Source: a virus (Duplodnaviria; Caudoviricetes). Taken from it: DNA of 64,000 nucleotides. Positions 44,685 to 53,799 of the stretch are shown piece after piece. A program made the position numbers and the translations under genes. Below the pieces are notes generated by a model that saw nothing but the letters and a program-made list of their open reading frames with translations, did not search any database and had not been told where the DNA came from. Position 1 is the stretch's first letter; each line of letters opens with the position of its first letter. The stretch is taken from positions 30,304 to 94,303 of the IMG/VR virus record IMGVR_UViG_3300031994_000047; one strand, 5' to 3'.

Positions 44685-44966
44685 TTACCACACATCTTCA
44701 GAATAGAGTTCGTTATAGGTTTCGTTTAATGGAACTATGAGTTGATTCGCGGCGACCGCAATTTTCTTTGCCTCAATACGATCTACAAAACGGTCATTAG
44801 AAGTCCAAAAGCCTTGAGTGCAGTAATAAAATTTTTCACGAATATTCATAGCGCGCATCAACTCAAATATGTCACAATGACGAAACGCAGTCAGAACCAT
44901 CGGATAAGTAGATAAGCTTTTATTAGCGACTTTGATAGCCGCCGCAGTGATTCTTTCTTGTTCCAT
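44685..44966 (-). CDS. Conserved phage hypothetical protein, 93 aa
   Basis: RH..QGFWTS..RFVDRIEA..IA....Q..LYSEDVW, a pattern common in large phages. Confidence 0.75.
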   Translation of the reverse strand: MEQERITAAAIKVANKSLSTYPMVLTAFRHCDIFELMRAMNIREKFYYCTQGFWTSNDRFVDRIEAKKIAVAANQLIVPLNETYNELYSEDVW

Positions 44967-45031
44967 AGCCGATCTCCTTTCTTTCTTTCTATAAATATTA
45001 TAGCATAAAATTTAGAGATTTTCAAATTTTC

Positions 45032-45607
45032 TTAGAGTTGGGCTTTGCACTCCTTAACTTTTGCCTCACATTCTCCTATAATCTCTTCAATAGAGACGGG
45101 CGCGCATTGGTGTGAGTCCACGCCGCAGTGGTACATATAAGGTATATCATCAAAGAAGTTTGTAGTCTGGTGAGTATGCCCATAAAGCCCAATAGTGCAT
45201 TGTCGCAAAGATTCTTTCTCAAAATTTGAAGTCATAGTAGGGAAATGTGACAAATAGAAGTGATATCCATCATAGTTGAGCCTTGCGGCAAGTGTGACTT
45301 CTACAACATTTGGCAAAGTTCGATATAGTTGTTCACGCGCAAGTGTATCGTGATTCCCAAGGATTATGTGAAGCTCTCCATTTAGATGCTTTATGAGGTT
45401 TAATCCAGATTCATAGGCTTGCGCGCTAGCTCCACCGAGCATAAGATCACCGAGTATATAGCCTACTTCATCCGCGCGAACCCTTTGATTCCAATTTTGA
45501 ATAATTGCCGCATTCATTTCTTCTACAGAATCAAAACCGCGCGCTTCGTATATGAACTCTCGATTGTGGTTAAAATGAAAGTCACTTGAAATCCATATCT
45601 GTCCCAT
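45032..45607 (-). CDS. Calcineurin-like metallophosphoesterase, 191 aa
   Basis: SDFH, LGD, GNHD, HFP and GHTH motifs. Confidence 0.85.
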   Translation of the reverse strand: MGQIWISSDFHFNHNREFIYEARGFDSVEEMNAAIIQNWNQRVRADEVGYILGDLMLGGASAQAYESGLNLIKHLNGELHIILGNHDTLAREQLYRTLPNVVEVTLAARLNYDGYHFYLSHFPTMTSNFEKESLRQCTIGLYGHTHQTTNFFDDIPYMYHCGVDSHQCAPVSIEEIIGECEAKVKECKAQL

Positions 45608-45608
45608 A

Positions 45609-46115
45609 TTACTCCTCCTCATATACATTCATTCCAAAGAAAGAACGCGGCAACTCATGATATTGACAATATTCCTCTAATACAGATACTTGCGCGCGAG
45701 TAAGATCGTCATACATTCCATCTTCGTAGTAATATTGTGTCATAAGAGAAGTTTGAGCTTTAACCCAACCTCTCTTTATAAGTTCATCACTCGCTGGTCC
45801 TATATCAAGATCAAGTCCAAACAAATCTTCAACAATATACTCGGCATCAACATCGTGGCACTCGTCTCCCCAAATACCACCACTTGGATCAACCCATATC
45901 TCGGTTTCTTTTATAGAGCTTTTCATCCAAGAGAAACCAGTCAACATAAAAAGCTCGTGCCAGCCATCACATTCAATCTTTTCGTCAGTAGGAATATCTT
46001 CTGTAGAGTTGCGCACAAAGAATCCACTACGCCGATTAAATAGAACTTGTGGATTGTGTTCAGATTGTTCATACCAGTTGCCATTGAATTTTATGAAAAT
46101 CATATTATTCTCCAA
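45609..46115 (-). CDS. Hypothetical protein, 168 aa
   Basis: Track ORF, coupled to neighbours. Confidence 0.7.
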   Translation of the reverse strand: MENNMIFIKFNGNWYEQSEHNPQVLFNRRSGFFVRNSTEDIPTDEKIECDGWHELFMLTGFSWMKSSIKETEIWVDPSGGIWGDECHDVDAEYIVEDLFGLDLDIGPASDELIKRGWVKAQTSLMTQYYYEDGMYDDLTRAQVSVLEEYCQYHELPRSFFGMNVYEEE

Positions 46116-46127
46116 ACTTTTAGTTTC

Positions 46128-46643
46128 TTACCTTCTCCCATATCTATGCGTATCTTTCCAGAAGAGAAGCCATTGTCTGATATGACTTGTAGCATAGTTA
46201 TTACTTTCATTGTCGAATTTTTCAAAGCCAATAGGCATTTCAGCAATAGCAAGATTTTTTTCAGTATCTATTACTACCCAAGTTACGCCATTATAAACGA
46301 ACTTGTCACCAACAGGAATAAGATTAAGTAGTGTATCATGTGGGTTATATCTCAAAGCTGGTCGAACAGCGTGATAGCCATTTTCGATACTATCGCCAGA
46401 TTTAAATATAGAGCCGAGACCAGAAACAAGAGCTGCACTATGAGAATCACAACCAGGCGACCGTAACCACCACCAGCAATTTATTATAGGTATATTTTCT
46501 TTATATTTATTATACTCTTTTGCACTCAAAAGAAAAATAGGATCATTTGCAATAGATTCCTCTTCTACCTCTTTCTTTTTCAGCTTTTCAATCTCGTCTC
46601 CGAGCTCTTTATATCTCTTTTCCAGTTCTTTTAGATCTTCCAT
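46128..46643 (-). CDS. DUF6273-like protein, 171 aa
   Basis: IFLLS..EY, WWWLRSPG, VRPAL, NNYATSHIRQWL. Confidence 0.65.
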   Translation of the reverse strand: MEDLKELEKRYKELGDEIEKLKKKEVEEESIANDPIFLLSAKEYNKYKENIPIINCWWWLRSPGCDSHSAALVSGLGSIFKSGDSIENGYHAVRPALRYNPHDTLLNLIPVGDKFVYNGVTWVVIDTEKNLAIAEMPIGFEKFDNESNNYATSHIRQWLLFWKDTHRYGRR

Positions 46644-46648
46644 AGCCC

Positions 46649-47359
46649 TTACTCCTCCATCACAACACAATTCACAATTCCGCTATACGCAGTACACGCA
46701 TCAAGGGCGCAAATTCCTTCTCTTTCAAAAGGTGTAAAATCTTCCCATTCGTTACTCGCATCGCCAAGTGCATAGTTTGCCCAAGAACAATGCCAGTGAC
46801 CACAGTAAATAGTCTTGTCACTAACTCTTACACCATCACTCCAACAAGCTACGCCGTTGAGCCAGCGCGCACTCTCCCAGGCGGATTCTGGGGCATCGCG
46901 CCATTTTTCAACGAAATCATAGCGTTCATAATCAGTCGTAAAACCTTTCCGCTCAGTGTGACAAGGAATCCAACCGTGAACAAAAATTCCAGTCTTCGTC
47001 TCTGCATAAACACACAATGCGCTATGATAACTCAAAAGCAAATCAAACTTATCTGCCTCTTTTATTACGTCGTAGGTTTCCGCAGTTCCATTATGATAAT
47101 CGTGAGAAAGATTATGTCCTCTCAAGATGCGATCTTCCATAAGATCTTCGTGGTTTCCTCTGACCAAGATTCTGCGCGCGGGATTAACCTTATTCATCAC
47201 AAAGTCTAAACATTCAATAGGCTGAGGACCTCTATCATACAAGTCACCCAGACTTACAAAGCAGTGATTAGGATTATGGAGATCATAACCCGCCGCATCA
47301 AGAGCCGCGCACATTTGGTCATAAAAACCGTGTACATCGGTTACAATAAAATATCTCAT
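46649..47359 (-). CDS. Ser/Thr phosphatase-like metallophosphoesterase, 236 aa
   Basis: DVHG, GDLYDRG, RGNHE, HG, GHWH. Confidence 0.85.
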   Translation of the reverse strand: MRYFIVTDVHGFYDQMCAALDAAGYDLHNPNHCFVSLGDLYDRGPQPIECLDFVMNKVNPARRILVRGNHEDLMEDRILRGHNLSHDYHNGTAETYDVIKEADKFDLLLSYHSALCVYAETKTGIFVHGWIPCHTERKGFTTDYERYDFVEKWRDAPESAWESARWLNGVACWSDGVRVSDKTIYCGHWHCSWANYALGDASNEWEDFTPFEREGICALDACTAYSGIVNCVVMEE

Positions 47360-47362
47360 TTT

Positions 47363-47557
47363 TTACTCCTCTTCTATCATCGTAAAGCCGCAAATTGGGC
47401 AACCAAATCCTTCTTCGGTATTGAAATCTTCGTCTTTCCAATCACAGAGATAGACCGGTTCTCCACATTCAGGGCAAGTAAACCAACCCTCTTCACGATC
47501 AATACACATTCCATACTCTTCATCTGCGGCGGTACAAAGTCTATCGAATATATCCAT
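47363..47557 (-). CDS. Small Zn-ribbon protein, 64 aa
   Basis: CPEC...CPIC. Confidence 0.7.
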   Translation of the reverse strand: MDIFDRLCTAADEEYGMCIDREEGWFTCPECGEPVYLCDWKDEDFNTEEGFGCPICGFTMIEEE

Positions 47558-47573
47558 TTATAGTTTCTTCCTT

Positions 47574-47849
47574 TCAGTGCTCATATTCTGGAAAAAATTC
47601 GTCGAACACAACTTCATCTGTTTCACAGTCCTTAAATTTAACTTCCATATCTGGTCTCCAACTAGCGTAGTAAAGTTTTCGACCGTTTACGCAAAGTTCA
47701 TCAAGCTCTTCATCACTACAATCGCTAAAGATTACAACCCGCGCGGCGTCTCGAAACAGACGATCAATCTCAGAAGAATGATAAGATTTTACATAAAACT
47801 CTTCGGGTTCATACCCAAATCTATAGACATAATAATTCTTCGCGCGCAT
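47574..47849 (-). CDS. Hypothetical protein, 91 aa
   Basis: Promoter, AAGGAG RBS. Confidence 0.7.
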   Translation of the reverse strand: MRAKNYYVYRFGYEPEEFYVKSYHSSEIDRLFRDAARVVIFSDCSDEELDELCVNGRKLYYASWRPDMEVKFKDCETDEVVFDEFFPEYEH

Positions 47850-48117
47850 TTGAAATCTCCTTTTCTTTTTCTATATATATTATAGCATAAAATTCTTAAA
47901 ATTTCAATTTTTATCTTCCTTCTTTTATAATCTCCACAATCGTATGGATAATAACATAAACGATTGCAGTAATTGCTACTGCGTATCCCAATCCGATAGT
48001 GGGAATACAAAGAAAAAGAATTGCAAGCACTAAAAGCACAAGATCCATTTTACTCTTCTCCTCCCATTAGACTCCAAATAAAAAGAATTAAAAGGGTTAA
48101 ATCAACTGCGCCAACAA

Positions 48118-48588
48118 TTATACATTCCATTTTAAATCTCCTTGTACTATATGCACATAATCAAATCCTTCAGAAGCTCTCGGAAGAGTCATAAACTCCG
48201 CCATTCTCCGTATTACTTCTACTGGAACCTTGCGCGCCCTTTGATCCTGTCTTTTAATACACTCTTCAATAGGAGTATTAAAGAAGTAGCAAGCGCACCA
48301 GCAATTTATGCCCTCAATCCAACTCAGAACTTTCTTACGATCTCTTTCTTTAAGGTTAGTTGCATCAAACATCACTTTCTTATCATCAGAAAGAAGAGAC
48401 TGGATTCTATCTTTTGCAATCATAAAGACCTTAGAGTTTTGAGACTGATCAGACTCATCGCCGCATATTTCCGCGCGGATAGCATCAGTTGAAACAATCT
48501 CGGTATCGGGATAAAATTCTTTAAATTGTTTACAAAAAGTAGACTTCCCACTTCCAGGCAGTCCGCCGACCATATAAAACTCAGCCAT
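48118..48588 (-). CDS. Polynucleotide kinase-like P-loop protein (AAA_33), 156 aa
   Basis: GLPGSGKST, STDAIR, DATN, R..R.RKVP. Confidence 0.85.
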   Translation of the reverse strand: MAEFYMVGGLPGSGKSTFCKQFKEFYPDTEIVSTDAIRAEICGDESDQSQNSKVFMIAKDRIQSLLSDDKKVMFDATNLKERDRKKVLSWIEGINCWCACYFFNTPIEECIKRQDQRARKVPVEVIRRMAEFMTLPRASEGFDYVHIVQGDLKWNV

Positions 48589-48598
48589 TTTATCTCTC

Positions 48599-49189
48599 CT
48601 ATTCTACAATTTTTATTTGATATCCAAAGACAGAACCTTTTCTTTTTGCAACTCTATCTTTTACAGTATTCATAATTCCATCTATTGTATATCGAGCTTT
48701 TTCGTTTGGACCCATTCTCGATTTTATAAACTCTGAAACTTGTTTGATAGATAATTGTTTTTCTCCCACATGAGGAACACAAATTATCATTTTTGTATCT
48801 TCAGAAAGAGAATTTTTTCTTTTTAACAAATCAGCAACAGTATTGCCATCTTCAAATATTTGGTCACTCTGCGCCCGTCGCTGGTTCTCTTGTCTAGTAA
48901 CCCACTCAAGATTTGTAAGAGCATTGTTTCTCTTGTTGTGATCTAAGTGGTCAACCGTTAAAGACTCAGCTTCTATCGTAGGTCTCCAAGTGTGCATCAC
49001 AACTCTATGCGCCGACGTATATCTCGGATTTGAACCGTAGGTATAAACGTACAAATATCCGTCATCCTTAACTTTCGGAGCAAGCGGTTTCTTTTCTCTG
49101 TTACGAAAATGCCCCTTATTTGAAACCCAAATTTCAAACTGTTTATTCCACTTCCAACGCTCAATCGAGAGTGAGATTCTTGGTAACAT
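48599..49189 (-). CDS. Free-standing HNH endonuclease
   Basis: HRVV..TVDHLDHNKRNNALTNLEWV; ends at TAG, or 3 codons later at TAA if read through. Confidence 0.85.
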   Translation of the reverse strand: MLPRISLSIERWKWNKQFEIWVSNKGHFRNREKKPLAPKVKDDGYLYVYTYGSNPRYTSAHRVVMHTWRPTIEAESLTVDHLDHNKRNNALTNLEWVTRQENQRRAQSDQIFEDGNTVADLLKRKNSLSEDTKMIICVPHVGEKQLSIKQVSEFIKSRMGPNEKARYTIDGIMNTVKDRVAKRKGSVFGYQIKIVE

Positions 49190-49287
49190 AAAACTTTTAC
49201 TTCCTTTCCTACTTTCTATATATATTATACCATAAAATTTTTAAAAAATCAAATTGCCTTGAGCGTTTGCACGCCCAAGGCTCTTCG

Positions 49288-50520
49288 TTAATGTTTCAAT
49301 AGATATTCGCGACTGACATTCTTAAAGGATCTTTGTCCATCTTGGCTTCTATAAACCCATCCTTCGCGCGGACCAGAACCAACAATACAAGGACCATCTG
49401 CATCAAGCTTTAAAGTCTCCATATCATCAGGAAGTATGTACTGAGTATCAACGATAGGAACCCAAGAAATCCCAGCGAGTTCACAAATCTTCGATGCCTC
49501 AATGCTGCTAATGCGCCCGACGTCAGATCTAATAAAGTTATAACCAAAGAAGCACAGTTCTTTGAACTTATGTGGGTTGCCTTGAATAGAAGGACCGCAA
49601 ATTTCACCTTGCAAGCACACATAGTCCAAATCATGATTTAGCAGATATCCCTTTAAGAAGTCAAAGATATGATACTTATCTGCCATCATCCAATACACAT
49701 TTCCTTCAATCTCAGTATGATAGTTCTTCTGAGAAGGAGTCAACTGCCGCACATTACGAGAACAAACATACTGCTCAAACTTGCGCCGACCCTTGCGCGC
49801 GAGAATATAGGTTGAAGAAGTTCCATCGAGCTTTTGAGTCTTAACCCAAGGCTCTTTATCTTTTAAGAGCTCTGGGCAATTTTCTGCCCTCTCTTCATCA
49901 GTCGGTTTGACGAATGGAAACTGAGTCGGAAATTTCTTATTGTCTTTCTTCTTACTTCCAAAGAAGATAAACAAAAGCTTCCTACCCAAGTTATACTTCA
50001 TAAGCCAACGAAATACTGGCTTCTTAAAGAGCTTAGCGTGACGCGCTGCCATAGACTTATACTTATCTATACCCGAACCCTTGCGCGCGTTATCTTCAGC
50101 AGAAGCATAAGTTACACCCAATACATCAGTCAGAAATCTTGCTTCACTATTCAATACATCTGCGCCCGAAGCAAGGGCTAGCTGAAGAGTTGCCATCCAT
50201 ACTGGACATCTTCCTTCATTATCAACCCAAGCACTCAGCGGTATCAAAAGCCCCTGTGATACAACTCCTCTGATCTTCTGTGACTTAATCTTAAAGTTCT
50301 TTGAGCGCAAAAACTCCATAGCAGAAAAAGGAGGCTTATCAGGAATAAGAGAGTCAATTTCAAAATAGACCGCATAATCTCCAGCCTTAAACTCTCCCTT
50401 TCCTACGACACAATTCCAACCACCAACTCGCGCGCACTCAAGTCGATCGGCGTTCATAGGAAGAATTTCATCAACTTTCACTAGGTAAGCTAATTCTCTC
50501 TTTGAATCCTTATTTAACAT
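49288..50520 (-). CDS. RNA ligase, DRB0094/Rnl5-like, 410 aa
   Basis: N-terminal OB-like domain (ADRLE..YFEIDS..RGVVSQGL); KLDGTS motif I; QGE, EGWV, SFKNVS. Confidence 0.85.
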   Translation of the reverse strand: MLNKDSKRELAYLVKVDEILPMNADRLECARVGGWNCVVGKGEFKAGDYAVYFEIDSLIPDKPPFSAMEFLRSKNFKIKSQKIRGVVSQGLLIPLSAWVDNEGRCPVWMATLQLALASGADVLNSEARFLTDVLGVTYASAEDNARKGSGIDKYKSMAARHAKLFKKPVFRWLMKYNLGRKLLFIFFGSKKKDNKKFPTQFPFVKPTDEERAENCPELLKDKEPWVKTQKLDGTSSTYILARKGRRKFEQYVCSRNVRQLTPSQKNYHTEIEGNVYWMMADKYHIFDFLKGYLLNHDLDYVCLQGEICGPSIQGNPHKFKELCFFGYNFIRSDVGRISSIEASKICELAGISWVPIVDTQYILPDDMETLKLDADGPCIVGSGPREGWVYRSQDGQRSFKNVSREYLLKH

Positions 50521-50537
50521 TTTATTTTATCCTTTCT

Positions 50538-51071
50538 TTATATAATTTCTATTGCACATTTTTCCATTACTTTTAATGCTGCTTTATGATTGTCAGGTGT
50601 AGTTCCCGCGCAACAAGAGGCTTCAACTGCAATCTGAAGACTTGGGCGCAAAGATCTGAGCATCAAAGCATTCGATATTACACATATATCAGTACAAACA
50701 CCACAGAAAGTTACATTTTCATATTTCTCACTGTCAATATATTTCAGAAATTCTATGGTGCCAAAAGTTTTTTTCTTAAAACTAAGTTGATAAGATCTCG
50801 TAAGTTCGTGCTGTCTATTCAAAGCCTGGAATACTTCATAATTCATTTCCCAACCACTTGTTCCAAGCTCACAATGAAAAGGAATCTGTTCAGCCTCTTC
50901 GGTTACTTCATATCTTTCGCGCAAATGGGTGTCCATTGTGAAGAAGATATCCCCTTTCCAATAGTCTATAAGATCCACAACATTGGGAACTATGTCGCGC
51001 GCGGCTTGTGATCCGAGTTTTCCATCTATGAAATCATTTTGCATATCAACAACTATTAAAAGACTTTTCAT
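50538..51071 (-). CDS. pncA: Nicotinamidase / isochorismatase-family cysteine hydrolase, 177 aa
   Basis: VVDMQNDF, DTH, HC, K.TFG, GVCTDICV. Confidence 0.8.
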   Translation of the reverse strand: MKSLLIVVDMQNDFIDGKLGSQAARDIVPNVVDLIDYWKGDIFFTMDTHLRERYEVTEEAEQIPFHCELGTSGWEMNYEVFQALNRQHELTRSYQLSFKKKTFGTIEFLKYIDSEKYENVTFCGVCTDICVISNALMLRSLRPSLQIAVEASCCAGTTPDNHKAALKVMEKCAIEII

Positions 51072-51082
51072 TTTACACTCCT

Positions 51083-51331
51083 TTAAGTCCAAGTTTTCTG
51101 ACCTAAAATACAATGACAAATACCTGAGCCTCCGTTAGATGGATGATTAGGACAATATCTACAAGTTTCGGGAATATTAGCTAAAGAGTTACTCACATAG
51201 GGAAGAGAGTTATTTAACTCCTAAGCCGCGCGTTTACAACTTTCAGCAGATATATCTCCAAATTTTACATAACTATAAAATGGACATTCATCTTTAAAAC
51301 AATCTTTAAAGTCATTATAGGGACACTTCAT
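51083..51331 (-). CDS. Cys-rich small protein, 82 aa (one TAG=Gln)
   Basis: AAGGAG RBS; CRYCPNHPSNGGSGICHCILG lies after the TAG. Confidence 0.6.
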
Positions 51332-51343
51332 TTTATACTCCTT

Positions 51344-51550
51344 TTAATTATAAGGATAGTGTGAAAGCGAGAGTGGAATCGAAAGTAACTCACTTAACTC
51401 TTTTCTCTTGCGCGCCTTCTCTTCGTCATAGGCTTTCTTTTCTTCATCGGTCATTTTAGCATAGGCTTCAGCCTCTTCTTTCTGCCGACGAAGGAAATCT
51501 TCGTGTTCTAATTCTCTTTGGTGTTTGTAGTGAGTTTTAAGTATATTCAT
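51344..51550 (-). CDS. Hypothetical protein, 68 aa
   Basis: AAGGAG RBS. Confidence 0.65.
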   Translation of the reverse strand: MNILKTHYKHQRELEHEDFLRRQKEEAEAYAKMTDEEKKAYDEEKARKRKELSELLSIPLSLSHYPYN

Positions 51551-51781
51551 TTTATACTCCTTCAAAAAGATCCGTATTTATGAACACCTTTGTCACACAC
51601 TTCTTACAGAAATAGACAAACTTTTGATTGGGGTAAACCCACTAATACTTTGGAGATATTAAATCTCCACAAATAGCGCAAGGTATATTCTCTTCGAAAT
51701 TAAGTTCTATTGATTTAAATGTGAGTTCCATTTTATTCTCCACAAATAGGACAAGTAGATTCACAAAGCATATAGGTTCCT

Positions 51782-52207
51782 TTATCTCCTACAAATATAC
51801 TCGCCCGTATGAACAATATACGCAGAATCCGTTATCCTCTCAAGCATTTCAATAGGCTGAATAAATTCGTCATCCTCTTTTATTTTCCAAACACCTTCAT
51901 CATATATGTACATATGGTACAAATCATTCATATAAAAAATTTGATCATGGTGATCATTATCACAAGGAATCAGTCTAACTCGATATCCATTGTCAAAAGA
52001 ATACCAGTCATTTTTATCAGTCGATATTCTTGCTTCGCAAAGACTTGTATTTGAAGGATTGTAGAAAAACTCTCCAAATATATTATGCGCTCTTTTAGGA
52101 AGTCGAATCCAGATTCTTACTTTCTCAGGACCACCATGTTCATACACGAGTTTCTGAAAGTCATTGAGTTTATTCATTGTAGGTATCTCAAATTTAACAT
52201 TAGACAT
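51782..52207 (-). CDS. Hypothetical protein, 141 aa
   Basis: Track ORF, RBS. Confidence 0.7.
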   Translation of the reverse strand: MSNVKFEIPTMNKLNDFQKLVYEHGGPEKVRIWIRLPKRAHNIFGEFFYNPSNTSLCEARISTDKNDWYSFDNGYRVRLIPCDNDHHDQIFYMNDLYHMYIYDEGVWKIKEDDEFIQPIEMLERITDSAYIVHTGEYICRR

Positions 52208-52224
52208 ATTTACTTACTCCTTTC

Positions 52225-52434
52225 TTAAACTCTTGCTACACTATACTGCTTTATATGCTGATTGTAATACTTCCCAACACTCGGCGCACTCACAAGATTT
52301 CTAAACTCATACTCAGGCACATTCGGATACTCATACTCGCGCCCTTGCTTAAATTCAATTCTTAGAGTCTGAGTTTCCTTGTCATAAGATGCGCTATTAA
52401 TAGCAGATGAACTAACAGAAATCTTCTCAAACAT
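52225..52434 (-). CDS. KTSC-domain protein, 69 aa
   Basis: SSSAINSASYD..TLRIEFK.G..YEY.NVP......LVSAPSVGKYYN..IK. Confidence 0.85.
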   Translation of the reverse strand: MFEKISVSSSAINSASYDKETQTLRIEFKQGREYEYPNVPEYEFRNLVSAPSVGKYYNQHIKQYSVARV

Positions 52435-52570
52435 TTTCTTCATTCCTTTCTTTATGCTTCGTGCGTATATTCTCTTCTTTTTCCTTGCGAGTTTTAGTGC
52501 GCCGCATAGGCGGGATTGGAGGCTTGCGGCGACTCTTACGATCTTCTTTTTCTTTCGTTTTCTCAAGCAT
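52427..52570 (-). CDS. Small basic protein, 47 aa
   Basis: Own promoter and AGAAAGGG RBS; MLEKTKEKEDRKSRRKPPIPPMRRTKTRKEKEENIRTKHKERNEENV; stop overlaps the KTSC start. Confidence 0.6.
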   Translation of the reverse strand: MLEKTKEKEDRKSRRKPPIPPMRRTKTRKEKEENIRTKHKERNEENV

Positions 52571-52650
52571 CTCTCGAAGCCCCTTTCTCATTTTCTATAT
52601 ATATTATAGCATAAATTTTAAAAATTTTCAAATTAAAAGGAAGCATTTAA

Positions 52651-53298
52651 TTACCAAATGCTTCCTACCTTTTCCATATTCAAAACTAAGCCTTTATATT
52701 GATCTAATATTGCCACATTACCCGCGCGCCGTATGCGCGAATCAAGGTGTTCTTTACTTACAATAAACTCACAAACACAACCGCTTCGATATGAGATCTT
52801 ATGCGTTGAATCTGTATCCTTGTATGCTTTGTAATCTCCCACTACTATTGTATATGTGCTTTGATCTGTCGTAATTTCGACGATATCTCCAATTACATAT
52901 CCCCATCCGTGACCAATCGCCGCAAGCGGATATTCAGAATGGTATAAGAATCCATACTCGCCGACTTCTGCTTCGTGAACTATCTTCCATTGTTTAGAAG
53001 TGGTGTTAGTGATTGCATTTGAATACTCAAAGCATCTAAACCCAGTGTCTTTGCCCACATTAACCGCGCGAAGGCTCTTCTGTTTTGCGCCGGACGCCGT
53101 CTCTGTCACGACAGGGACAGTGGGCGCGCAGACGCAATCAGAGATCGGGCGCATTGGATAAGCAGGACTCCCAACTTTCGCCGTCTCATATACTTTCTCT
53201 TCAAAAGTATATATACCCTCTCGCGCAAAGGGGCGGGCGCAACTCACCAGCAAAATCACACACGCCCCAGCACACAGTAACTTCCAGACCTTATTCAT
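52651..53298 (-). CDS. Putative lipoprotein, 215 aa
   Basis: MNKVWKLLCAGACVILLVS-C lipobox-like signal. Confidence 0.55.
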   Translation of the reverse strand: MNKVWKLLCAGACVILLVSCARPFAREGIYTFEEKVYETAKVGSPAYPMRPISDCVCAPTVPVVTETASGAKQKSLRAVNVGKDTGFRCFEYSNAITNTTSKQWKIVHEAEVGEYGFLYHSEYPLAAIGHGWGYVIGDIVEITTDQSTYTIVVGDYKAYKDTDSTHKISYRSGCVCEFIVSKEHLDSRIRRAGNVAILDQYKGLVLNMEKVGSIW

Positions 53299-53734
53299 CG
53301 GTATCCTCGAATGAAGTATTACTCCAAGTAGGCGCCGCATCAAATACTTTATGACAATAAGATATCGCATACTTATCATCTTTGAAGAACTCTCTCCACT
53401 CTTCATTCGTATCAATATCAGTAGTAGAAAGAATAAATTCTATTTCAGGGTGCTTGTGCGCCAATTCTTTCATATCATCGGTTGAAGTTTCCCAGATCCA
53501 CGGATCATTATGGTTATAAACTACCTCATATATAGGATCAATATACGCGTCAAAGTTCATATCGAAATCTTTATGATAGGTGGTATCAAGATCCTCGTGA
53601 GAGGTTATAATCTCATAGAGATCTCGCGCAATAGAAGTTACGAGACTACGAATTGCAACACTTTTTGTAATTCCGCGCGCCTCGTGGATTTCTTTTTCGA
53701 GTGTGGGAGAGTCGATAGAGTAGAAGCACAGCAT
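53291..53734 (-). CDS. Hypothetical protein, 147 aa
   Basis: Promoter, RBS. Confidence 0.65.
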   Translation of the reverse strand: MLCFYSIDSPTLEKEIHEARGITKSVAIRSLVTSIARDLYEIITSHEDLDTTYHKDFDMNFDAYIDPIYEVVYNHNDPWIWETSTDDMKELAHKHPEIEFILSTTDIDTNEEWREFFKDDKYAISYCHKVFDAAPTWSNTSFEDTDE

Positions 53735-53799
53735 ATAGGGTACCTTCCTTTCTTATTTTCTATATATATTATAGCAGAAATTTTTTTAAATATCAATTT

